From Lama guanicoe (taxonomy: Eukaryota): a stretch of 64,000 bases of DNA. The stretch is taken from positions 1,674,001-1,738,000 of the forward strand of contig MU053881.1 of NCBI GenBank assembly GCA_013239625.1, in the 5' to 3' direction. The translations under genes and the position numbers were made by a program. Shown one piece after another: positions 12,301-22,560 of the stretch. Below the pieces are notes generated by a model that was not told the DNA's origin, searched no databases, and saw only the letters and a list, made by a program, of their open reading frames with translations. Each line of letters starts with the position of its first letter. The first letter of the stretch is position 1.

Positions 12301-15300
12301 GCTGTGTGGCCTGGAGCAGTGACTTAACTCTCCAAGTCTCAGCTTCCAAATCTATAACCTGCCAGCCTTTTATAGCCACGGGCTGCTCGTAGAGGCTGAG
12401 GAAACGGGGGAGAGAGGGTGGCCAGTGCCTGGCACTGTGCTGGGCACCCAGTGGGCACCTCCCTGAAGGTCCAACCGTGGGGACCCGACCCAGGGCCAGG
12501 GTGCTGGTCAGGGGAGGCAGCTCAGCCACAGATCCCTGCTGGGGGCTGCAGGACACTGTGAACCTTCTCGCTGTCTGTTCCCTTCCAGGGCGAACTTGGA
12601 CTTCCCGGGGCTCCTGGAATTGATGGAGAGAAGGTCTCTGGCCTTTCATTTCCTTGGTGATGCTAGTGCTTGGCGTCAGACTGTGTGTGTGTGTGTGTGT
12701 GTGTGCGCACACGCCTGCGCTAAGTCAGAGAAAGGCCACAGAACGGAGTGGACTTGAGCCTCTGTGCAAACCCTGGTGCTGCCCGTGGGCCTCAGGCACG
12801 CTGCTCGCTTTCTGGCAGCCTCGGTGCCTCACCCGCAGTGAAGATGGTTGACAGGGCTGCCGTGAGGCTAAAATAACTGTGTATGGAAAACACGTCAGAG
12901 CAGTGCCCGGCGTGCAATAGCAAAGAGCCTTCAAATGTCAGCTAGTAGTGTCACGGCTGTTATCAGTGTGCCTGTGAGTACACACGTGCTTGTGGGATCC
13001 CACGTAGACACGACAGCATCCATGGGTGTCACTTGACACTCATGAGTGTGTCTGTAGTGCTGGGTCCCTGGTGTGTGCACGCCACGATGTTACACGGTTG
13101 GCTGAATGGGGGAGTGCAGGGGCTGGGTGACTGGGGCATGGCTGGTTGTATGTGGGGTTGGGGGCTCCCGCTTTTGGCTCCTGAGATGTGAGCACGGGGT
13201 TGGCCTCGAACCCCATATGTGCCCTCTCAGTGGCTGCCAGCCCCAGCGCTCCACCCCCACTGCCCCAGCCTGCACCCCTGCTTGCAGTGAGGCAGGCCAG
13301 GGTAGGGAGTGCCCCTTCCCTGTCCCCGTCCAGGACCCTCAGCTCATTTGCCACCTGGGCAAGAGGAGAGGACCCCCAAGGAGGAAGCAGGGGTCTGGTT
13401 TGGCCCAGACTAAGCTCTGGGGATCCGCCAGTGTGAGGAGGGGAGAAATGCCTTTTGACACCTTATTCTGTGGCTTTTAGGGTCCCAAAGGACAGAAAGG
13501 AGACCCAGGAGAGGCTGGGCCAGCCGGACCTAAAGGGGAAGCAGGCGAGATGGGCCTGTCAGGCCTCCCGGTACGTGGCTGTGTGGGCCCCACCGTGCTT
13601 GCTCCATGTGGGAGGCCCGAGGTGGATGCATGCCCACCATGGCACCTGCCAGGGGCTGGGGCCCCGCTGTCCTGGTCTCAGCCCACCCCTGCCCATTGGG
13701 CCTTTGAAGAGACGCTCTGGGCTGCCCTGACTCCATAGAAGGTTCCACCCACCCCACCCCACCCCTCCGAGGCCTACTTAAAGGTGAAATAAGGAGGTCC
13801 TGCCGGGTGGGAGCAGTAGGCCAGGCGGTGGTTAGACCAGGAGCTCTGACCGCCCAGGCTTGCATCCTGCTCCATTTCTCACGGACTCTGGAACCCTGCT
13901 CAAGTGCCCTAATCTCCCTGGGCCTCAGTTTCCTCAGCTCTAAAATGGGGGTGATAATCTCCCACACCCACCAGGGAACACAGGAGCAGGGTAGAGAGTG
14001 GTTGACTGGCACCTGGTAAACACTCGCTGTCACCACTGTTGGGCGGCCACCGCTACACACCCGTTGTCCATCCACAAGGCTCGCTCAGCCGAGAGCTGGG
14101 GCCAGAGATTGAACCCCGGGTCTTTGCTCCCAGAGCCCCTGGCTGCCCCGCTGCCCCACGAGAAACAGTTCATACTGCTGTTAACGTGCACGTTCCGATT
14201 TAGGAAAAACTGTTCTCAGCTGCAAAAGCCAACAGCCTTCCGGGCTTATTGCCCAGAAGCCTTATGGGGGAAGGAAGGGGAGGTGCTGAGCGGGCGGTGA
14301 TTTTGGTGATGGACAGAAAGGGTTCAAGGCCGCCCTGTCCTGCAGGGCACCGACGGCCCCAAGGGGGAGAAGGGAGAGCCGGCATCTGACAGCCTACAGG
14401 AGAGCCTGGTAAGGGGCTGCTGAGGGTCTCTGCGCAACACCCAGCCCCAGCCGCTGGGGCCCCGAGCTTTGGGACAACAAGGGCCATCTGGCCTGCCCAT
14501 GCCCAGGGCAATGAGGGAGGGGGAGGGGAGCCTGGGGCCTGTCTTTGAACCCAAAGGCCCGCACTGGGTCCCTCCCCCAGCAGTGCCTGCCTCCGGGCAG
14601 GGGGGAGCCTCAGTTGGGTGGCTCAGCCCCGAGGGCGTGCTCCTCCAATGGGTGACGAGCTCAAGTGCTGGCAGGTGAGGGATAATGGGGCGATAATCCA
14701 CCTCTGACCCTTTCTAGGCCCAAATCATAGTGGAGCCAGGGCCCCCAGGCCCGCCCGGTCCCCCAGGCCCCATGGTAAGAACATCTGGCTTGAGTCAGCT
14801 GGGATGTGGAGAGGGTGTGGGCTCAGGCCCAGGGAGGACAGGATACCCCAGTTGGGGAGGGGGCGCATCAGGCCGGGAGGGCAGACCCCAGGTCTGGGCT
14901 TGGGAGGCGGCAGAGGGCGGGGTCACAGGGGCCAGTGAATGGCCTGCAAGCCTTTGTGGTCCGGAGGTCTGGACCCAGCTCGATGGCCTTTCTGATCTGC
15001 TTTCTCCTCCTCCCCCAGGGCCTTCAGGGAATTCAGGGTCCCAAGGTAAGTTTTGGAGCGTGGATGAGACCCCCCCTACCCTCTGCAGGCTCATGGCCTA
15101 GACGGTTCCAGAAGGTCTTGCTAGTAGGCAAAGTCAGGGCCCCACACCGGCCCCAGCCCAGCCCTGCGCCTTCCCGGGGCTTGACTGTTCCCAGTCGCCT
15201 GTGGAATAACCTCCTTGATGTCCTCAGAGCTGGGATTCCCCGGACCCCACACTTGACATCTCCATTCCTTGCCCCCTCCCCCCTCTGCCCCCCCACGTGC

Positions 15301-18300
15301 ACATCTGTCTCCCAAGTGCCCGCAGCCTGGATGTAAAGTCTTGGGTTCGGCAGGTATTACATAATACCATGTCTTCTACTCTTAAATTAAAACCTTGAGT
15401 GTGGCCTGCCCATGTGCCCTGTGGCGGGGAAGCCAGCTGGGCTCACTGCATCCCTCACGTTTACCCTGGGGGAGGGCACATCTCTGCCTCCCCAGCTCAG
15501 ACGCGGCAGGGGGCCTCCGAGTCATGGAATCCCAGAGCCCAGTGGGGCTGAGCTTGTGGCCTGACCAGATGTGCTGCTTCTGGTTCTGTTTTGTCCCGAG
15601 GCCTCCCCAGATCATGTTCAGAAGAGGCAGCTGCTGGCAGGGATGGGGTCCAAGCCTGGGGCTCAGAATCCCAGTTGCTACTCAGCCCTGCCACTTGCTG
15701 GCTGTGTGGCTGGGCCTGTCCCTGCCGGTCCCTGTGCCTCTCTTTCCTCATCTGTGAAGTGGGTGTGACCACAGCCGCCTTCCACGGTTACTGACGGAGC
15801 CCGTGTGTGGGAAATTGAAAAGTCCACATGCCCGCAGCTCTTCCCGATTGTTGGCACAGGAAGGTGTCTGCCCTCTGACCTGCACACTTCGGTTCCCACT
15901 TAGGCCCCAAACCCCGTGTCCTGCCGTCTGTCTGGCCCCCTAACTGATGTCTCCCCTTTACTCCCAGGGCTTGGACGGAGCAAAGGGAGAGAAGGGCGTG
16001 TCGGGCGAGAGAGGCCCCAGCGGCCTGCCTGTGAGTGTCATGAGCCTTATTTGTCCTTTGAGGTGCTAATCTCTGTGACTGTCATGCCTCTTAACGCACT
16101 CCTTTTCCCCCCAGGGGCCAGCTGGCCCGCCAGGCCTCATTGGGCTGCCAGGAACCAAAGGAGAGAAGGTAACTGGCTTCCTTTAATGCTCCCCCGAATG
16201 TGGCTCCATGCCTGTGGTGTCACTCAGCCCTGGGGGCGCAACCCCTGCGCTCCGCTGGTCCCCAAGGCCAGACTTCAGGTTCTGTGGACCAGCCACTGGA
16301 CCGAGCTTGCCAGCAGCTCTTCTCCCAGTGCCCCCTCCTCGGCCCCCTCACATCTCCTCTTTGTCTTCCCTCAGGGCAGACCCGGGGAGCCAGGACTTGA
16401 TGTGAGTACCTCAGCGTTCACTGTGACCAGGCCCCTCCCTTGTGTTGCGTTTGTCCCCATACTGCCCACACAGTAATCTGGTCTGGTTGGCTTTCCCCAT
16501 GGCTGGGACGACAAGTGATGGGTCTCCTCTGTGTCCCCAGTGCTATGTCCAATGCACAGCCCAGGGAAGGTGCTTTATTGATAGATGGATGATAGATAGA
16601 GGATGGAGGATGGGTGGGTGGATGATGGATGGACAGATGGATGAATGATAGATGAATAGATAATGGATGGAGGATGGTAGAGGATGGACGGAGGATGGGT
16701 GGATGAAGGATGGATGGATGGACAATAGACGAATGATTGATAGGTGGATACACAGATGATGGATGGTGGACAGATGGATAATAAATGAATAGATGATGGA
16801 TGGAGGATGGAAGGATGATCTGTTGGAGCAGGGAGGTGGGAAGAGCAGTGAGGAGCCTGTTGAAATATCCTGGTGAGAAGTGACGAGGCTTCAGCTAGGG
16901 CAGCATTATGGGAAGGAGAGGAAGAGAAGTATAAACCCAGCACTGATTGGGTCAAGTGTCTTTTGGTTGCAAGAGACAGAAAACCCAATTTAAACTGGTT
17001 TAAACTGACTCATAACTGAAGAATCCCAACCCAGGGCTCAGATGTGTCAGCGCAGCTGAACCTCTCACCCTCTCTTGTCTCCGCAGTACAGGGCCACATG
17101 GAGAAGCACCAGGTTTGGTCGGGAGGCAGAAAGGACTGAGGGAAAAGCCTAGGCCAGGGCTTTTACTGGGGTTTCCACGGGCAAGGCAGGGCAGGGCAGG
17201 TAAACGGTTTGGGGCTGGCTGGTCTGCATAATCCTGTCAGGCTTCCGGTGATGGGGGTGTTCTCCCGTTGCCTGCTCCCTGGCCCTGGACGATTTGGGGT
17301 GGGGGAAACGCTGACTTAGTGTGTGAGAGTTAAAGGGGCAGGTTGGGGGACCGGCTGGTCTGCTTCTGAAAGCCATGCTCCCAGACTCGCCCTTTGCTCT
17401 CCCTAAGAATTGGCTAGCCCTGGGAGAGGCAGGCTCTCCCCGGCCAGCAAAATTTCAAGGATATTAACACATCGTAAAATATAGAAAGTAAACTACGAAA
17501 AGAACACAAGAGGGAACACGTCAAATCTGTTTTTCTGTCCCCAGCGTTCAGCCCGCAGCCCAGTTCCTAGTGGATGCTTAGAAATGGTTGGGTACATGGA
17601 CAGATGGACAAATGGATGGGTGGGTGGACAAGAGTTTCAGCCAAGGGCAGAGAACAGAGGTCACCGTTTCTTGATCTGCTGAAGAGGGTGACACAAACGT
17701 CCGTGAGTTTCCTGGGTCTGTGTCCCCAGCCAAGCCTAGGCCAGTGCCTGCTGCACTGGACCTTAGAGAAAGCCCTTGGTAGCTGTTCTGCCTGAGAGCT
17801 TCCCTCCAGAAACACCAGCAGTTCTCCTTTCAGAGGAAGCAGTGCTGGTGTCCTAAACGCACGCTTTTCTCTAAATCAGCCCTGTACCCAGCCTCTGTGC
17901 CACCTGGGAGCTGGGGCCAGGCCAGCTTGTACCACGAATGTGCATGGAGGGAAGGGGCAGAGATGAACTGCAAACCTCACTTGCATGTTTAACTTTTCAT
18001 CCTTTTGTCAGGGTTTCCCTGGACCCCGAGGAGAGAAAGGCGACCAGAGCGAGCGTGGAGAGAAGGTGGGGGAAGCAGAGAGAAGGTGGGGGGCAGCTGG
18101 AGAGGAGGGGGGGACAGGAGGACAGAGGGAGGGTGGCCAGCAAAGAAAAGGAGGGGCAGGTGGAAAGGAAAGGACACGGGAGGCAGGAAGCAGGCAGAGA
18201 GAAGGTGGGATGAGGGGAGGAGGAGGAGCAGGGAGGCTGGGATGGGGCAGCAGGGCAGGGGTGGCTGCCGGACCCCCAGGACCATCTCTCTGAGAGGCCT

Positions 18301-20855
18301 TGGAGGCGCCCTGGGCTTGGCAGCCAGGAACATCCCCCATCTCCCTTCATGCACAGGGGGAGCGCGGCGTCCCCGGTCGGAAAGGAATGAAAGGCCAGAA
18401 GGGCGAGCCAGGACCCCCGGGCCTGGACCAGCCGTGTCCTGTGGTATGTGTTAGGGCAGGGTGGGAGCCCAACCCAGGTCTTCGCTGCCGCCTCCTGCCA
18501 GGGTGGAGCGCCCACCTTCCCTGTCCTCAGAGCTCAGTTGCAAGTCCCTGAGGTCCCACGGGCCCCGCCCCGGGATGCCCACACTGCTGGGGCCACCCCT
18601 TCTGTCTCTGCAGTCGTGGATGCGCCCCTTGCCCTGGGCTTGACCCCTCCATGGGCGTGGCTTGGGGACCCCTCTACAGAAATGGAGGCCCGGCCAGGTC
18701 ACTGCGCCTCTTTACTCATCTTCCTCAGGCGTGAAGTGGGGTGGGACCGCCCTCACCTCTCTGGGAGTCTGTCCTGTCCCAGAGGAGGCTTCTGCCGGTC
18801 TGGGCAGCCCCACACCCACCCCTGCATCTCCTCCACGTGCCCCAGAGCCCCTTGCCTCCACAGCCTTTCTTTCCCTGCTTTTTTACAACATCCTTTGATG
18901 GTCCACCAGACCCAGTGCCTGAAATCATCAAAGTTCAGTTCTCTTTTTCTAGAAGGCAGGGAGGGTTTAGCTGTCAGACTCCTCCAGTGGAACTCGGAAA
19001 AGTCAGGAGAAACAAAACAGCTGAGTTTCCATACTGAAACTGACCAGATACTCACATCCGACCACCGCAGCCAGGGGCATGGAGAGAGGAGCCTCCTGCC
19101 GTGATGTGTATGGCCCCCTTCCAAAGGGGGTCAGGGCGGGGGACCCCAGAGGCCCAGCCCCCTAACCTCGGGTGGGTTACTTTAGTCCTCCATTCCTCAG
19201 TCTCTTCATCCGTGCAGTGGGGATGTTAAACCCTACCTCCAGATGGTTTTGAGGAGGAAAGGCACACACTGAGAGGGCCAGGGATAGCAGACAGATCGGG
19301 TGGCCCAGCCTCGCAGCTCGGGCCCTGGGCCAAGACTTCCCTCTGAGTCATTAAGCCTTTGTCTTTGAAACAGGACAATCCTAAATGCGGAGGCAGGCGC
19401 GGGGCGCCGGGCTCCAGGGGCCTGGCGAGGGGCAGCGGGCCCTGCCCTGCGGTACGCGGTCTGGCCTGCGGTGTGCTGTGCTGTGCTGTGCTGTGTGCTG
19501 TGCTGTGCGCTGTGCTGTGTGCTCTGGGAGGCCTGTGCCCGCTGCCCTGCCCCACCTTCCTCCATCCCGCCTTCCTTTCCATGTCTGCCCCTCCCCCCAC
19601 TTCCTGTTAGGTCCCAGCCTGTGTCCCCGGTGGATGCGCAGGAGTTCTGGGGGGCATGCTCCCCGTGTCTGGTGTCTGGCGTCTGCCCGCGTGCTTCCGA
19701 ATGGAGTGAACTGTTGTCCACCACAGCATCCCGCAGGGATGCTAGGCTGACTGACGACGGGTCTGCCTTTGTCCCTCTCTGGCTCCCCACCTCCGGGCCG
19801 TCTGAGAAAACCCACCCCCCCTGCCTGTGACAGTCCCCACTCCAACCTGCCCACACACACCTCCCCGCCCCAGCCCAGCTTCCACCCTGAGCTCAGCCTA
19901 CCCTGTCTGCCACTCAGATCCAGACACAGGGACCAGGACAGGCCAGAGGGGAATCCCACTTCCTGGACTGTCCTCAAACACATCCTGAAGGCTCTTAGGT
20001 CCCCAGTGTGAGGAGCAGAGCCACTGTCACAGCTGCCAGGCAGGAAAGCCATGCAGCCCCTGGGTAGGGCCAGGGCCAGGCCCTGCTTCCAGCCCACAGA
20101 CGTCCTGCACGATGCCCGGTACTCCACGGTGTCCTGGTTCTGCCCACAGCACCCATGTCCCAGCAAAGCCCACGAGGGTGCACTTGGAACAAGGACAGTG
20201 AAGGCTGTTGTGCCCTGTGACTCTCCACCAGCTGGACAGGGCAGACATCAGGCCCTGCCTCAGTGGGTCCAGTGGCCTCACCTGGCAATTCCCAGGGCTG
20301 CAGCTCCCAACACCCGGGGCAGGAGTGTGTGGAACACAGAAATCTGACCAGCGCCCATCCCTGTCACTGAAACCTTCTTCCTTTCCAGGGCCCCGACGGG
20401 CTGCCCGTGCCTGGCTGCTGGCATAAGGTACCTTGCTGGGAAGAGTGTCCAGGGCAGGCTGGGAGGAGCTGGGACCAAAGGGGCCCCTGGGGCTGGGTGT
20501 CTGCCGCTCCCCGGGCTGTGACCGAACAGCCAGGTCTCCCCAGATGACTCTAGTTCTGACTCTCCTGTCTTGGGGCCCAGGGCCTGGGGCTGTGGTCCTG
20601 GGTGATTGTGCACAGCCCAGCCTGTGGGTCACTCAGGGCTCCTTGCCCAGCCAGTGCAAAGCCATCAGCACCCGCTGAGACTCTGTCTAAACTCCAACCC
20701 CCAGAGGGAGTGGGAACCAGGAGCCTGGGAGGAAGGGATTCGGTGCTCACCTGCTCCCGAGGAAGTGGACAGGGTGGGGAGAGCTCGGCCCAGGGCAGGG
20801 CCTCCGGGGCCTCCCTGTGCCGCCTCACCTTCACTTTTCCCTCCTTTTCCAGTGA
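301..20855 (+). CDS. COL23A1: Collagen type XXIII alpha 1, 3' portion (22 coding exons in window, 378 codons + stop; 5' exons lie upstream of the window)
   Basis: Gly-X-Y exons, all phase 0 with AG/GT ends. Non-collagenous interruptions [15 protein letters not shown] and [14 protein letters not shown], and C-terminus [20 protein letters not shown], are characteristic of COL23A1. Synteny with PHYKPL/HNRNPAB/NHP2. Confidence 0.97.
408..500. mobile_element. MIR SINE fragment
   Basis: MIR core gtggccttgggcaa...gcctcagtttccccatctgtaaa. Confidence 0.7.
1315..1460. mobile_element. MIR SINE fragment
   Basis: gtggccttgggcaacttacttagcttctctgtgcctcagtttcctc. Confidence 0.7.
1523..1549 (+). CDS. COL23A1: COL23A1 exon (27 nt) GAPGDFGPR
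   Basis: ccctag|GGT...CGG|gtgaga. Confidence 0.93.
3771..4422 (-). mobile_element. Old L1 (L1M-type) 3' end fragment
   Basis: L1 3' UTR hallmarks (ttccagtttgggggctattatgaataaagccgctg; cttagcataat...catccaggttg). Confidence 0.8.
4842..4958 (+). CDS. COL23A1: COL23A1 exon (117 nt) [39 protein letters not shown]
   Basis: tttcag|GGA...ATG|gtaaga. Confidence 0.95.
4985..5322. repeat. Degenerate period-6 C-rich tandem repeat (CCCYRA-like)
   Basis: Recurring ccccaa/ccccag/ccctga/ctctaa units. Confidence 0.75.
5867..5902 (+). CDS. COL23A1: COL23A1 exon (36 nt) [12 protein letters not shown]
   Basis: cctcag|GGT...ACG|gtcagt. Confidence 0.93.
6327..6353 (+). CDS. COL23A1: COL23A1 exon (27 nt) GPSGPPGPQ
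   Basis: ttccag|GGC...CAG|gtaagt. Confidence 0.92.
6455..6600. mobile_element. MIR SINE fragment
   Basis: tgaccttgggcaagtgacttcatctctctgggcctcagtttactcatct. Confidence 0.7.
7012..7059 (+). other. COL23A1: Degenerate COL23A1 exon (remnant of a GEPGVPGKK-type exon; 25 nt from proximal AG, 48 nt in frame from upstream AG)
   Basis: cctcag|T GGG CCC GAT GTT CCT GGA AAG AAG|gtgggg; upstream ctctctctag ends at 7011. Confidence 0.65.
7280..7457. mobile_element. MER5A-like hAT-Charlie MITE
   Basis: Termini cagtggttctcaaa ... tctgggaaccagtg; ~180 bp. Confidence 0.8.
8001..8054 (+). CDS. COL23A1: COL23A1 exon (54 nt) [18 protein letters not shown]
   Basis: cctcag|GGG...AAG|gtaggt. Confidence 0.93.
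8572..8634 (+). CDS. COL23A1: COL23A1 exon (63 nt) [21 protein letters not shown]
   Basis: ttgcag|GGC...AAG|gtgacg. Confidence 0.94.
9059..9103 (+). CDS. COL23A1: COL23A1 exon (45 nt) [15 protein letters not shown]
   Basis: ccacag|GGG...CGG|gtaagc. Confidence 0.94.
10494..10571 (+). CDS. COL23A1: COL23A1 exon (78 nt) [26 protein letters not shown]
   Basis: cctcag|GGT...AAG|gtagcc; includes non-collagenous segment. Confidence 0.96.
11885..11938 (+). CDS. COL23A1: COL23A1 exon (54 nt) [18 protein letters not shown]
   Basis: acacag|GGT...AAG|gtcagt. Confidence 0.94.
12589..12633 (+). CDS. COL23A1: COL23A1 exon (45 nt) [15 protein letters not shown]
   Basis: ttccag|GGC...AAG|gtctct (weak donor). 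Confidence 0.9.
12682..12705. repeat. (TG)12 microsatellite
   Basis: Direct read. Confidence 0.95.
13481..13570 (+). CDS. COL23A1: COL23A1 exon (90 nt) [30 protein letters not shown]
   Basis: ttttag|GGT...CCG|gtacgt. Confidence 0.95.
14346..14408 (+). CDS. COL23A1: COL23A1 exon (63 nt) [21 protein letters not shown]
   Basis: ctgcag|GGC...CTG|gtaagg. Confidence 0.95.
14718..14774 (+). CDS. COL23A1: COL23A1 exon (57 nt) [19 protein letters not shown]
   Basis: ttctag|GCC...ATG|gtaaga. Confidence 0.95.
15019..15045 (+). CDS. COL23A1: COL23A1 exon (27 nt) GLQGIQGPK
   Basis: ccccag|GGC...AAG|gtaagt. Confidence 0.94.
15968..16030 (+). CDS. COL23A1: COL23A1 exon (63 nt) [21 protein letters not shown]
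   Basis: tcccag|GGC...CCT|gtgagt. Confidence 0.95.
16115..16168 (+). CDS. COL23A1: COL23A1 exon (54 nt) [18 protein letters not shown]
   Basis: ccccag|GGG...AAG|gtaact. Confidence 0.95.
16375..16401 (+). CDS. COL23A1: COL23A1 exon (27 nt) GRPGEPGLD
   Basis: cctcag|GGC...GAT|gtgagt. Confidence 0.94.
16577..16820. repeat. (GGAT/AGAT)n degenerate tetranucleotide repeat
   Basis: Direct read. Confidence 0.9.
18012..18065 (+). CDS. COL23A1: COL23A1 exon (54 nt) [18 protein letters not shown]
   Basis: tgtcag|GGT...AAG|gtgggg. Confidence 0.94.
18357..18443 (+). CDS. COL23A1: COL23A1 exon (87 nt) [29 protein letters not shown]
   Basis: gcacag|GGG...GTG|gtatgt. Confidence 0.95.
19374..19451 (+). 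CDS. COL23A1: Putative alternative COL23A1 cassette exon (78 nt) [26 protein letters not shown]
   Basis: gtctttgaaacag|GAC...GCG|gtacgc; phase 0, no stop, CpG-rich relative to flanks, ends PCPA like the preceding exon's PCPV. Confidence 0.6.
19471..19523. repeat. (GTGCT)n pentanucleotide repeat
   Basis: Direct read. Confidence 0.9.
20389..20427 (+). CDS. COL23A1: COL23A1 penultimate exon (39 nt) [13 protein letters not shown]
   Basis: ttccag|GGC...AAG|gtacct. Confidence 0.96.
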
Positions 20856-21920
20856 TCCCCAGCACGCAGCTGACAACCTGTACAGATCCGTGTGGACATT
20901 TTTAATTTTTGTAAAAACAAAACAGTAATATATTGATCTTTTTTTCACGGGCTGCACCACCATCCCTGTGGCCTTTTAACATTTGAGAGTGTGCCCGGCC
21001 CAGCCCTAGAACGCTCAGCGCGTGAAGCTGGTGGGAAGGTGGACAGGCCCAGCGGGGGCACGGCGTACCTGAGGGCCACCTGCGGGACTTGGCTTTCCCG
21101 GGAAGGATCCGGGCCCAGGAGAGGTTGCAAAGACGCCGGCCGGGTTAGGCCATCAGTCACCTGATCAGCAGAGACTCCGGCTGTCCTGCTGCCCAGGGCC
21201 CACCCCATCCAAAAAGGAAAAGGTTCAGGGCACTGATGGCCAAGGCAGCTGCTCCGGGCCTCTCTGGCCTCGGCACTCAGCCACAGCCAGCTGCCCACCC
21301 CTTGGGCCCGCCGCCCGGGCCCTGATTCATCAGGGCAGGGCAGGACTGATGCCCAGCACTTGCAGCCGGACACTGGGAGCTGTGGGAAGCACCCCAAGCA
21401 GGTGGAGCTCCCACCGAGTTCCGCAGGCCTCAGGAAGCAGCCCGCCTGCCGTGAGGACAAGCATCCTGTGGCCAGGAGGAGAGGCCCAGCGCTATGATCG
21501 CCACCGTGTGGGCCCAGCTGCGGGGAGCCCTGTGATCCCCGAGTGTGGAGGGCAGCAGGTCCCAGGCTGCGTGTCTGCCGCTTCCTGTCTGTCTCCATGC
21601 CCCTCCAGAGCAGGGACGTGATGGGACTTTGCCAGCCTGATGAGATGGACCTCCAGCTCAGAGTTTGGGTCTCACTGGCCCCAAGTCTCCCAGCCAGGGG
21701 AACTCTGGCCAAAAATGAGTGTGCAGATGAAGAGAGCCTCAGGGCTGGTTCCAGACAGGCCTGAGTAGGTGGCCTGTGACCTGAGCTAGTGACCCTCTGA
21801 GAAGCGGCTGCCCCACCTCTGACAAGGGTTCCCAGCCACCACCTCTGACCCGGCCACTTGCCTGCCCCCTGTGTAGACAGATACTGTTGCGTGTAGTAAA
21901 CCACAGATGCGCGTCTGGCT
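20853..21920 (+). other. COL23A1: COL23A1 terminal exon: TGA stop (20853-20855) plus 3' UTR; 3' end approximate
   Basis: Long pyrimidine tract ttttccag|TGA; AU-rich block at ~20895-20946; candidate AGTAAA signal at 21895-21900. Confidence 0.75.
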
Positions 21921-22149
21921 GTGCCTGTCCTTGCAGACTGCCCTTGGCACCACCGCCAAGCGAGCTTTCAGCCTGGCCTTTGCTAGGTGGGGAGGGATAA
22001 GGGGACTGTCCCTGGGCCGGAGCCGCCCCAGAAACCAGAGGAAGTAGCTCAGAGTCAGGGCAAAGATGGGTTTGGCGTTGTGAAGACAAAGACTCAAGGC
22101 ACGGCCCTGCCACGCTGCCACCCGAGCCCCCTTGTCTAGTCACCCGAAT

Positions 22150-22560
22150 TACCAAGCCCCTGTGTGTCCTCTGACCGGATGGCCTCTGACCGCTGCATAA
22201 CAAAGCACCCCCAAATCTGCTGCCTTAAAACAGTGAGCCTTTCTACTTGTCTCTCACAGTTCTGAGGTAATAGGCTCAGCTGGGTGGTTGTGGCTCAGAC
22301 TTGCCCACACCTGCTGGTTGATGCTGGCTGTCAGCTGGGACCCCCGATGGCCAGGACACCTCTGTGTGTGTGTGTGTGTGTGTGTGTGGTCTGGGCTTCC
22401 TCACAGCATGGCTGCCAGATTCCCAGGTAGACCTCTGTCACCTTTTATGGCCAAGCCTCAAAGGTCAGATGGTGTCACTTTCTGCCAAGATCACAGGTTC
22501 ACCCTCATTCAAGGGATAACTGTTGACATTGCATTTTAAAGAGAAAATGTGGGATAGGCG
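22150..22560. mobile_element. MLT1-type MaLR LTR fragment containing a (TG)n tract (22363-22388)
   Basis: gctgcataacaaa...gccttaaaacag...tctcacagttctg...cacagcatggctgcc pattern. Confidence 0.6.

Noticed and set aside
16031..16114. 84-nt COL23A1 intron as possible in-frame retention
   Set aside because: In-frame TAA after 12 codons.
16418..16988. His/Pro/Ser/Ile-rich ORFs
   Set aside because: Translations of the (GGAT)n simple repeat.
17060..17510. LTR-like segment in a COL23A1 intron
   Set aside because: Resembles an old ERV LTR, but I cannot assign family or boundaries by eye.
18066..18356. 291-nt purine-rich COL23A1 intron (multiple of 3) as a possible in-frame retained intron
   Set aside because: In-frame TGA at 18291-18293.
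20945..21904. 319-aa minus-strand ORF
   Set aside because: Antisense to the GC-rich COL23A1 3' UTR with no recognisable domain; long ORFs are expected by chance at this GC content.
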